Positions 8,716 through 16,737 of a stretch of DNA of 46,088 nucleotides are shown in pieces. The notes beneath the pieces were generated by a model, which saw only the letters and a program-made list of their open reading frames with translations, had not been told where the DNA came from and made no database searches. The position numbers were made by a program, and so were the translations under genes. The stretch comes from Candidatus Woesearchaeota archaeon. GTDB taxonomy: Archaea; Nanobdellota; Nanobdellia; Woesearchaeales; GW2011-AR4. Where the stretch lies: assembly GCA_002686855.1 (NCBI GenBank), contig NYYQ01000007.1:1-46088 (forward strand). Reading direction: 5' to 3'. How positions within the stretch are numbered: position 1 is the first letter of the stretch; every line of letters starts with the position of its first letter.

Positions 8716-10101
8716 CTATATTTCCAATTCCTTCTTCCAGAACTTACAAGCGCTTTCAGCTTTTTTAGAAGCAATACCCACATATTTCTCAGGATTACTT
8801 ATTATCTCTAATTGCTTTTTATTGAATTTTTTTAAATATGGTTGTAATGATTTTTCCTTTTTTATTATCTCTGTTAATGATTTTTTTGATGATTGAGCTT
8901 TTAATGTCAATTGCCTTACAATTTCATGAGCATCAGGATGCCCTTTTGCAGCTAACAGTATATACAACGGCTCAGCTACAATCAAGCCTTTATTCATATC
9001 AAAATTCTTCCTTAAATTTTCCTTATCAACAACTAAGTTTTTCATTGTTCTATTAAGTCTTGAAACAGATAGATAGAATGCAGTTAAAATTTCAGGAACA
9101 AATCTTAATGAAGCAGAATTAGTTAAATCTCTTTGATGCTCTGATATCTGGTCCATATACAAAGTAACAATGCGCGGCATAAAAGCTTTCCACATGCTCT
9201 TAACATTCTCAAAGTTTATGGGATTCCTCTTCTGGGGCATTGTTGAGCTTCCAACTTGTTTTGCTCCAAAAACTTCTGCAACCTCTAAAATTTCAGACCT
9301 TTGCAAATGCCTCATATCATCAGCTAAATTAGCAATAACTCCAAAACCTTCTACAATAGAATGGATATAGCTGGACATAAACTCTGCTTCTGGGATTTGT
9401 GTGGAAATAGGAGAAGCTTTTAGATTAAGCTCTGAAAGAACATCTCTCTCAAACTCAACAGGATTATTAAAGAACAGAGAGGAAGCATTATAGCTTCCCA
9501 CTGCTCCTGCTATCTTACCTCTTAAATTATTCCCTGTTTTCTTTATCTGAATTATTGACCTTCCAAACCTGGAAACATACTGTGCAAGAGCAAAACCAAA
9601 TGTTATTGGGACAGCATGCTGGCCATGTGTTCTTCCAACCTGCAAGGTATTTTTCTCCTTTAATGCCAACATTATCAATGTTTTTTCAAACTCAATTAAT
9701 TTTGGAATTAAAACATTCTCAGTAAATTTCTTATACCTTGCAGCATCTGCAGTGGCTATTATATCGTGGGATGTTGTGGTGAAATGCACAAAAGGCTTTG
9801 CTTCATCACTTACTTTCCTTTGTATGCAATTAACTAATGCCCTTATATTGTGCTTTAGTTTATCTTCTTCTTGATAAACTTCTTCAGCAGTTATTTTTTT
9901 AGTAGCTTTTTCAACCTCATCCGCAATCTTTTTGCTGCAAACGCCTTTTTTAGCCAAAGTTTTAGTTAAAGCTGCCTCAACCTTAGCCATATACTTAATC
10001 ATTGCATTCTCACTTAGATAAGGCTGCAATTTATGAAAAATGCGCTCATTCCTGCCATAATACCTAAAATCTAATGCGCTTATATTATCAAAAATATTCA
10101 T
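8716..10101 (-). CDS. purB: adenylosuccinate lyase
   Basis: SSTMPQKRNPINFENV signature, lyase-1 family layout, 461 aa. Confidence 0.9.
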   Translation of the reverse strand: MNIFDNISALDFRYYGRNERIFHKLQPYLSENAMIKYMAKVEAALTKTLAKKGVCSKKIADEVEKATKKITAEEVYQEEDKLKHNIRALVNCIQRKVSDEAKPFVHFTTTSHDIIATADAARYKKFTENVLIPKLIEFEKTLIMLALKEKNTLQVGRTHGQHAVPITFGFALAQYVSRFGRSIIQIKKTGNNLRGKIAGAVGSYNASSLFFNNPVEFERDVLSELNLKASPISTQIPEAEFMSSYIHSIVEGFGVIANLADDMRHLQRSEILEVAEVFGAKQVGSSTMPQKRNPINFENVKSMWKAFMPRIVTLYMDQISEHQRDLTNSASLRFVPEILTAFYLSVSRLNRTMKNLVVDKENLRKNFDMNKGLIVAEPLYILLAAKGHPDAHEIVRQLTLKAQSSKKSLTEIIKKEKSLQPYLKKFNKKQLEIISNPEKYVGIASKKAESACKFWKKELEI

Positions 10102-10190
10102 TTTTGGCTCAAAAGAAACATCTTTATTATCTGAATTAATTAAATTTTGAATTTCTTTTAATAAAGAACTTTCCTTGTTTAAGCTTATGA

Positions 10191-10373
10191 TTATCTTATT
10201 TTTTTCCTTGTTTTCCTTATAAGATTATTTTTCTTAAATAATTGGATTGTATTATGGACTTTAGCAGGAGAAATATCTAAATTGCCAGCAATATCCCTTA
10301 TATGCAAACTTTCCTTTGACAATAATTTCAATATTTCGATGTTTTTCTTGGTAAATATCTCTATTAACTCCAT
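10191..10373 (-). CDS. truncated wHTH ORF; probably the N-terminal part of a wHTH-PurB fusion
   Basis: HTH SLHIRDIAGNLDISPAKVHNTIQLFKKNNLI. The ORF stops just after an A7 run (10199-10205), before the wing. The -1 frame is open into the purB ATG. TATA TTTATAAATA lies about 21 nt upstream of the ATG, consistent with a leaderless mRNA. Confidence 0.6.
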   Translation of the reverse strand: MELIEIFTKKNIEILKLLSKESLHIRDIAGNLDISPAKVHNTIQLFKKNNLIRKTRKKIR

Positions 10374-10451
10374 ACTATATAGAAAACGTTCATTATTTAT
10401 AAACTTTTCTATACTTTAAACTATATATTGTTTGTTTTTAGAGAACACTAT

Positions 10452-11189
10452 TCAGACCTTAACCCTCATACAATCTTTAGCCAGAACAATCTTTCCATCA
10501 AATTCTTTGCTGCATTGTTTTTTTATATCAACCTTGTCGCATTCAGGATAGAAGTGTGTTAAAACAAGTTTCTTTACATTTGCCTTAGTCGCTATCTTGC
10601 CGCATAAAGACGGTATAAGATGGCCTTTTACCTTTTTATTATCAGGGTAGGAGCATTCCAGAACCAATAAATCAGCATTTTTCGATAATTGTATGATATC
10701 ATTAGAATAATCAGTATCTCCAGAATAAACAATTGATTTACCATCATACTCAATCCTGTATGAAACACCAATGATAGAATGCTTTACTTTTTTTGTTTTT
10801 ATTAAAATTTTATCAATTTTTGATATTGAATTATCATTCATTTCCCCAACATTAACATCGTAATTTAATTTTCCAATAGTAGCTTTTCTTATAAAATTAA
10901 AATATTTCTTAATACCTTTTGGCCCGTAAATATTTAATGGGCCTTTATATTTATTACAATGGTCTATGATAAGTATTCCTAGTAAATCATTTATATGATC
11001 TGGATGAAGATGAGTGTAAAATATATGATTAATATCCATAATCTTTGATTTTGTTTTTAAAATTTGTCTAATAATTCCAGGACCAGAATCAAAAAGTATT
11101 TTTTTATTGCCTGTTTCAACTAAATAACCAGACATATTCCTGTTTAATCTTGGCACTGCTGTCCCAGAGCCTAAAACAGTTAGTTTCAT
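10452..11189 (-). CDS. metallo-beta-lactamase fold hydrolase (RNase Z/ElaC-like)
   Basis: HTHLHPDHINDL (HxHxDH) motif, N-terminal LTVLGSGTAVP. Confidence 0.7.
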   Translation of the reverse strand: MKLTVLGSGTAVPRLNRNMSGYLVETGNKKILFDSGPGIIRQILKTKSKIMDINHIFYTHLHPDHINDLLGILIIDHCNKYKGPLNIYGPKGIKKYFNFIRKATIGKLNYDVNVGEMNDNSISKIDKILIKTKKVKHSIIGVSYRIEYDGKSIVYSGDTDYSNDIIQLSKNADLLVLECSYPDNKKVKGHLIPSLCGKIATKANVKKLVLTHFYPECDKVDIKKQCSKEFDGKIVLAKDCMRVKV

Positions 11190-11935
11190 TTTATTATTTT
11201 TAATAATTGATTATGGATCTTCCCATTACTGGCAACAAACTTCCTGTTGTCAGGATTCCATCTCTCCCCATCATGGCCAGTTACTTTTCCGCCAGCTTCT
11301 TCAACAATGAGCGCGCCAGCAGCTACATCCCAAGGACATGTATACGGCACTATATATGCATCTACAATACCGTTTGCAACCATTGTATAGCCACTAACAG
11401 CGCATCCTAAAAGCCGAATATCATATACCTTGCCTAATAATTTATCAAAAATTATCTTCCCATAAGGAGTATGGCGATAAACCAAATCAGTCAGCGCAAA
11501 CGATCTTTTTACATCTTTTTTGTTTGAAACCTTTAATCTTTTTCCATTCAACAAAGCGCCTTTTCCTTTCTCAGCAACATAGAATTCATTGAAGCAAGGC
11601 AAGTCAATGACTCCCAATTTCATCTCTCCTTTATATGCCAAACCAATAGAAACACCAAAATGGGGAAAATTATTGATGTAATTATGTGTCCCATCCAAAG
11701 GGTCTATATACCATATATAATCAGATTTCTTGCCTAAATTTCCGCTTTCCTCAGAAATAATATTATGCTTTGGAAACTTTTTCTTTATTAAAGAAATAAT
11801 GACTTTTTCGCTCTCTAAATCAACATTTGTAAAATAGCTTGTTTTGTTCTTTTCCCTGACAAACTTTATTTTGCCGTAATGTTTCATCAGAACTTTTCCT
11901 GCATCTTTTGCGGCTTTAATCATTAAAGATTTCAT
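11186..11935 (-). CDS. suhB: inositol monophosphatase / fructose-1,6-bisphosphatase family protein
   Basis: WYIDPLDGTHNY and WDVAAGALIVEEAGG motifs; 4-nt overlap with downstream gene. Confidence 0.8.
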   Translation of the reverse strand: MKSLMIKAAKDAGKVLMKHYGKIKFVREKNKTSYFTNVDLESEKVIISLIKKKFPKHNIISEESGNLGKKSDYIWYIDPLDGTHNYINNFPHFGVSIGLAYKGEMKLGVIDLPCFNEFYVAEKGKGALLNGKRLKVSNKKDVKRSFALTDLVYRHTPYGKIIFDKLLGKVYDIRLLGCAVSGYTMVANGIVDAYIVPYTCPWDVAAGALIVEEAGGKVTGHDGERWNPDNRKFVASNGKIHNQLLKIIK

Positions 11936-11987
11936 AGAATTCCTAATATTGTTATTGTTTTAATATCTTGTGTTTTTAAAACCTGTA

Positions 11988-12317
11988 TTAATTTTTTATT
12001 CTTTTCAAAATTTCTTTAATTTTTTCAATTGTTTTTTGTTGATTATGTTTTTTAGACATTTCTATAAATTTAATAAGCAATTCTTCCAGCTTATTCTTAT
12101 TAAAAAGATTTAATTTATGCCCATCAAGAATGAAATAAAACCTAAAGCTTTTATATTTTAATTCCCTGATGCTGATATTGCCAACATGACCTAAAACTTT
12201 CCCTTTATTAGGATTTTCTTTTAATTCTTCAATCAAATTATAGACTTTCAGAGAATCTTTTTTAAAAGTTTTAAATATTTCATATCTCAAATCATTGAGA
12301 ATTTCTATTTTTATCAT
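11988..12317 (-). CDS. RelE/ParE-superfamily-like toxin (tentative)
   Basis: About 100 aa, basic, IRELKYKSFRFYF core, ATGA overlap with the upstream small ORF. Confidence 0.45.
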   Translation of the reverse strand: MIKIEILNDLRYEIFKTFKKDSLKVYNLIEELKENPNKGKVLGHVGNISIRELKYKSFRFYFILDGHKLNLFNKNKLEELLIKFIEMSKKHNQQKTIEKIKEILKRIKN

Positions 12318-12526
12318 TGGTTCATAGATTTAATTTTAAGTTTAGTCCATTCTTTAGCTTCTTCTAGTGTAGAATATCCAGACTCATCAACAAATTCACT
12401 TATTTTTTCCTGCATTTTTATTTGATTGTACATTCTCTTAACTATATCATCATAATTTTCTGATTTTTTGCCAAAATCTTGCAATAAAGCTCTAGTTTCC
12501 TTCGATATTGAAATTGTTGTGTTCAT
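12314..12526 (-). CDS. putative antitoxin
   Basis: 70 aa, acidic C-terminus, overlaps the toxin start by 4 nt (ATGA). Confidence 0.4.
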   Translation of the reverse strand: MNTTISISKETRALLQDFGKKSENYDDIVKRMYNQIKMQEKISEFVDESGYSTLEEAKEWTKLKIKSMNQ

Positions 12527-12614
12527 ATAATCACCTATAATGGTTATATTTTATTATAATTAAATATAATATTTAAATGTTTCGATTTAAAAGGTTTAAT
12601 TAGCACTCAATTAA

Positions 12615-13586
12615 TTAAGAAATTAGTCCTTTACCCTTAAGATTATTTTCAATTCTTTCAGAAACATCCCCCACTTCTGCCTTGAATTCCTGACCGGTTA
12701 TCATTTCATAAAGCTGTATGTATCTTTTGCTTAGTTCCACAACCAGTTCTTCAGGCGCATCAGGAAGCACTTTATCTTTGTAAGGATCACAATTTTCCTT
12801 AAACCACAATCTTAGAAATTCTTTATCAATATTTTCAGGTTCTTCTCCCTTGGCAAATTTTTCTTCATGACTTTTCTTGATCCAAAATCTGGAGCTATCC
12901 GGAGTGTGTATCTCGTCTATAAGGTATATTTCTCCATTCTCATCATAGCCAAACTCATACTTTGTATCAACAAGAATTAAGCCATTTTTTGCTGCAATTT
13001 CTTCTCCTCTTTGAAATAGCTCCAATGCTTTTTCTGCCACAAAATCCCATTGCTCCTGAGTCATCCTCCCAGATTTTACAATCTCATCAGGACTTATCTT
13101 TTCATCATGCTCATCATCTTTTGTAGTTGGAGTTAGAATAGGCTCCTCAAATTTTTGGTTTTTCTTTAAGCCTTCAGGCAAGGTTATTCCGCAGAAATCT
13201 CTCTCCCCCTTTTCGTACGCAGTCCAGGCACTGGTGCTGGTTACTCCTGTTATATATCCTCTGACTACTACTTCAACAGGAAATACATTAAGTTTTTTGC
13301 ACTCAACAGTATTTGGGTCAGGAGAAGAAATTACATGATTTTTGACTATGTCTTTAGTATTTTCAAACCAGAATAAGCTTGTTTGTGTAAGAACCTGGCC
13401 TTTGAATGGAATGTTTGCTAAGTTCCTGTCAAATGCGCTTTGCCTGTCTGTTGCAATCAGAAATAGTTTATCATTCTTAACATATACATCCCTTACCTTG
13501 CCCTTTATTTTATTACCCAATCCTTGGATATCTGTCCCTTTAATTGCAAACTTTATTTGTTTTTTAATCTCTTCATCAGATACCAT
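12615..13586 (-). CDS. purC: SAICAR synthetase (long form)
   Basis: GKVRDVY, ATDRQSAFDR, LILVDTKYEFG motifs. Confidence 0.9.
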   Translation of the reverse strand: MVSDEEIKKQIKFAIKGTDIQGLGNKIKGKVRDVYVKNDKLFLIATDRQSAFDRNLANIPFKGQVLTQTSLFWFENTKDIVKNHVISSPDPNTVECKKLNVFPVEVVVRGYITGVTSTSAWTAYEKGERDFCGITLPEGLKKNQKFEEPILTPTTKDDEHDEKISPDEIVKSGRMTQEQWDFVAEKALELFQRGEEIAAKNGLILVDTKYEFGYDENGEIYLIDEIHTPDSSRFWIKKSHEEKFAKGEEPENIDKEFLRLWFKENCDPYKDKVLPDAPEELVVELSKRYIQLYEMITGQEFKAEVGDVSERIENNLKGKGLIS

Positions 13587-13621
13587 TTTTATCGCGCTTT
13601 TTATTTTTTTAATTCGCTAGA

Positions 13622-13663
13622 AAATCCTTTGGATTTCCTGTGTCCCGAAAATCTTTGATTTTC
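13622..13663. promoter_or_regulatory. two adjacent palindromes upstream of purC (candidate operator)
   Basis: AAATCC-TTT-GGATTT (13622-13636) and GAAAATC-TTT-GATTTTC (13647-13663), plus GGATTTTT half-site at 13672-13679. Confidence 0.4.
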
Positions 13664-13691
13664 AAGGATATTGGATTTTTCTTATTGTTAA

Positions 13692-14459
13692 CTATTTATT
13701 GTTTTTAATTATCTTATCCCTTTGCTCCCTCCTATAACTAACTAATTTCCCCTCATAACTATTATCAATATTCAATATCTCTATAGCAGCCAGAGCAGCA
13801 TTTACGCCATTATTCAAGCCAACCCATAAACCATGGTCAGAATGCTTTAATAAATTAAGGGATGCTTCTGCCCTGTCATCCTTATCAGGCAATAAAGGAC
13901 AATAAATAACCAGCTGTTTTTTCTTTTCTATAGGCTCATCAAATTTGGTAAAAAATATGTTCACACCATCATCAACAATTTGCTCAGCATGCGAATGATT
14001 TACCTTAAATTGTCTTAAGATTTCTTCTGCTTTCTTGAATGCCTTATTGTTTTTATCCCCTACTAAAACTACCTTTTCATGTTTTTTAAGCATATTAATT
14101 GCAGAATAAGCTGCTGCATCTCCTTTCTCAACTCCAACTCCTAAAACAGGAACACCAGGAGGCATCTGCATTATTGTAAGCAGAGCATCTAAGCCTTGGT
14201 AATTTCCAGAGCAGGGAACACCTATTACAGGCCTTAATGTTTTCGATGCGACAACTCCAGGCAAAGCTGCTGCAAGACCTGCACCAGATATAATAACTTT
14301 ATAATCCTGCCTTAAGATATCATCAACATCCTCTGGGCTTTTATGAGCACTGGATAACTTAAAATCATAGCTTACCTTTTCCTTGTCTAAAATCTTAAGA
14401 ATATTCTTATAGCTTTTTTCATCAGATTTTGAAGCAAACAAAACTAAAATATCTTTCAT
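13692..14459 (-). CDS. purE: PurE-like (N5-)CAIR mutase with extra degenerate C-terminal half
   Basis: SSAHKSPEDV and GAGLAAALPGVVASKTLRPVIGVPC motifs in the first ~150 aa; about 100 additional aa resembling a degraded second PurE repeat; start trimmed to ATG 14459. Confidence 0.8.
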   Translation of the reverse strand: MKDILVLFASKSDEKSYKNILKILDKEKVSYDFKLSSAHKSPEDVDDILRQDYKVIISGAGLAAALPGVVASKTLRPVIGVPCSGNYQGLDALLTIMQMPPGVPVLGVGVEKGDAAAYSAINMLKKHEKVVLVGDKNNKAFKKAEEILRQFKVNHSHAEQIVDDGVNIFFTKFDEPIEKKKQLVIYCPLLPDKDDRAEASLNLLKHSDHGLWVGLNNGVNAALAAIEILNIDNSYEGKLVSYRREQRDKIIKNNK

Positions 14460-14469
14460 AAAAACCAAC

Positions 14470-14925
14470 CTACAATATCTTATATCTTTGATAATTTTCA
14501 TTCATTAATAAGTCTTTTGCAATATTAATTGCTCTGCCTTCCTTATCAATCTCAGAATCAAAATACATTGTCCATATGATTCCCTTTTCCAATTTTTTAA
14601 TATTTTTAAAATTCAATCTTTCTTTCAACATGTTCAACAACTCATTATCCTTTTCCAAATTTTCTATTAAAATATTTATTTTATTTCCTTGTTCATTGTT
14701 CTCTAATAAAAATGAAAATTTATTTTTATTGGCATTAACCAGGACATCCACTTTACCTATTTTCTTCTCAAAGCTTTTTTTATCCCCTGAAAATCCAAAT
14801 TTATAGTAATCTTGCTTTTCCAGATTCTTTAGATGATGATAGCCCATCCTATGCAGTGTATGAAATGCTGTTATAGCTACATTATCCGGAACTTTCAAAC
14901 TGACAAATAATTCTGTTATTGGCAT
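14470..14925 (-). CDS. purS: double-length PurS-like protein
   Basis: Position in the purL-purQ cluster; VSLKVPDNVAITAFHTLHRMGY and C-terminal LLMNENYQRYKIL resemble PurS; about twice normal PurS length. Confidence 0.5.
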   Translation of the reverse strand: MPITELFVSLKVPDNVAITAFHTLHRMGYHHLKNLEKQDYYKFGFSGDKKSFEKKIGKVDVLVNANKNKFSFLLENNEQGNKINILIENLEKDNELLNMLKERLNFKNIKKLEKGIIWTMYFDSEIDKEGRAINIAKDLLMNENYQRYKIL

Positions 14926-14940
14926 TTTGATTTATCTTTT

Positions 14941-15134
14941 AATTATTTTTTTGGCATTTTTTATTTATTGATTTATCATTAAAATTTAGATTATTATCCA
15001 TTGTTTTTATTATTGGAAAATATTTATTGTTGTTTTCTTTTTTATTGATTATTTTTTATTTAATGATCTATTATCATAATTTTTAACTGGATTATTTTTA
15101 TTGATAAATTTTATTATTGGAACTTTTTTATTGC
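14941..15134. repeat. AT-rich degenerate TTATTGAT/TTATTGG repeat tract
   Basis: Many copies of ttattgat / ttattattgg; exact 15-mer ttattgataaatttt (15098-15112) also at 29511-29525. Confidence 0.6.
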
Positions 15135-15908
15135 CTATTTATTTTTAATAATATATCTTTTCATAGACTCAAAAATCCTGATATTATTTGTTTTTTGATC
15201 TGTTTTTTTGCTTCCAGGAATTTGCCTTTTCCAGATAGCACGTTCAGGATGTGGCATCATAGCCATAATATTCCCTTCTTTACTGCAAATAGCAGCTATA
15301 TTCAGCATAGAGCCATTTGGGTTTGTTGGAAACTTATCCTCAATTTTCCCTTCTTCATTGCAATACTGAAAAATAATTTGTTTATTTTTTATTAATTGCT
15401 TAACTAAAGCTTTATCCTTTGTTACAAATCTTCCCTCTCCATGCGCAATTGGCAATTTTAAAACTTCATTTTTATCTAAATCAGTAAAAGCAGCTCTTTT
15501 TTTATTCTGAATACTTTTAATATTGACCCAAACATTATAATAACCGGAAACAAAAGGATTTTTATTAGGAGCCAAAGCAAACTCAACCTTATCCTTTAAG
15601 CCAGGAACCATCCCCGTTTCCACTAAAACTTGGGCGCCATTGCATATTCCCAAAACTGGCTTTCCTTTTCTTGATTCTTCTTTAATTATATTCATGACAG
15701 GATCTTTTGCTGCTATAACTCCTGCCCTTATCCTGTCCTCATAAGCCCATCCACCCGGAATTACATAGCCATCAAAATCCGATAAATATTCTTTAGTATT
15801 CCACCTAAGGATTTTGCCATCCATTCCAGCAGCTTTTACAGCTTCTAAAGTTTCCACTTCGCAATTATTCCCGGGAAAGTATATGACTGCTATATTTGGT
15901 TTTGTCAT
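15135..15908 (-). CDS. purQ: FGAM synthase glutaminase subunit
   Basis: VLGICNGAQVL catalytic Cys, AHGEGRF, MPHPER motifs. Confidence 0.9.
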   Translation of the reverse strand: MTKPNIAVIYFPGNNCEVETLEAVKAAGMDGKILRWNTKEYLSDFDGYVIPGGWAYEDRIRAGVIAAKDPVMNIIKEESRKGKPVLGICNGAQVLVETGMVPGLKDKVEFALAPNKNPFVSGYYNVWVNIKSIQNKKRAAFTDLDKNEVLKLPIAHGEGRFVTKDKALVKQLIKNKQIIFQYCNEEGKIEDKFPTNPNGSMLNIAAICSKEGNIMAMMPHPERAIWKRQIPGSKKTDQKTNNIRIFESMKRYIIKNK

Positions 15909-15909
15909 T

Positions 15910-16737
15910 TTATACAGCCTCTAGCACTGGAATTACATGTGTAAGATCAGCAGAGTCTTCTTTTTTATCAATAAAAAACACTTTTCCTGTAATCTTTTCC
16001 TCTTCTAATTTCTTTTTTAAGTATACTTCTAATGCTTCATTGTAATTAAACGCTATTCCTATACCTCCTGCTTTTGCAACTCCAAGTATTCCTCCACTAT
16101 CCCCCATTGTGTCTCCAATATGGATCAATTGATTAGATTTTAATTCTGGAAAATGTTTTTTAGCATATGCTTGAAGTAAACTTGCTTTAGCTTCTTCATC
16201 AGGAATTCCCAAATCAATTACGCCTGTTGCTTGTATTTCATCATAAGATCTATCATCCACTGCTTCTGAATCAAAAAAATATGATTTGGCTTTTTTTTCT
16301 AACTCTTCCTCACTTATTGTTGCGTTAGGTTCACCATGATTTCCAAATCTTAATATATTTCCAATGAACCCACTTATTTTATTATTTCCTACTTGTTCTC
16401 TGATAGCATAAAAGGTAACAGAATAGCCAGTGCTATTGATTATTAATGGGAACTTATTGTCGTATAAGAAATCTATTAGCTTATTAAATCCTCTTAAATA
16501 TTTCATATGAGTTTTTGTGTACTCTATTGCTTGACGCAAAGTTAATCCTCTTGTTAAAGGACCAGAAACCTGGAAAGCTTTTTCCATAGTCGCAGTTCCG
16601 CTCGTTTGTTTTTCAAAAATAGCTTTAGCTTCCTTAAATGCATCTTCACCTTTATATATTCTAATCATATCACTCATTGTATGTTGATGCACTAATGTTC
16701 CATTCAAATCTGCTGATATTAATCTTGTTTCATACAT
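15910..16737 (-). CDS. HAD-superfamily-like protein embedded in the purL-purQ operon
   Basis: Motif I-like ADLNGTL (second Asp is Asn), INSTG, GDTMGD; abuts the purL stop and purQ start with gaps of 0-1 nt. Confidence 0.55.
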   Translation of the reverse strand: MYETRLISADLNGTLVHQHTMSDMIRIYKGEDAFKEAKAIFEKQTSGTATMEKAFQVSGPLTRGLTLRQAIEYTKTHMKYLRGFNKLIDFLYDNKFPLIINSTGYSVTFYAIREQVGNNKISGFIGNILRFGNHGEPNATISEEELEKKAKSYFFDSEAVDDRSYDEIQATGVIDLGIPDEEAKASLLQAYAKKHFPELKSNQLIHIGDTMGDSGGILGVAKAGGIGIAFNYNEALEVYLKKKLEEEKITGKVFFIDKKEDSADLTHVIPVLEAV

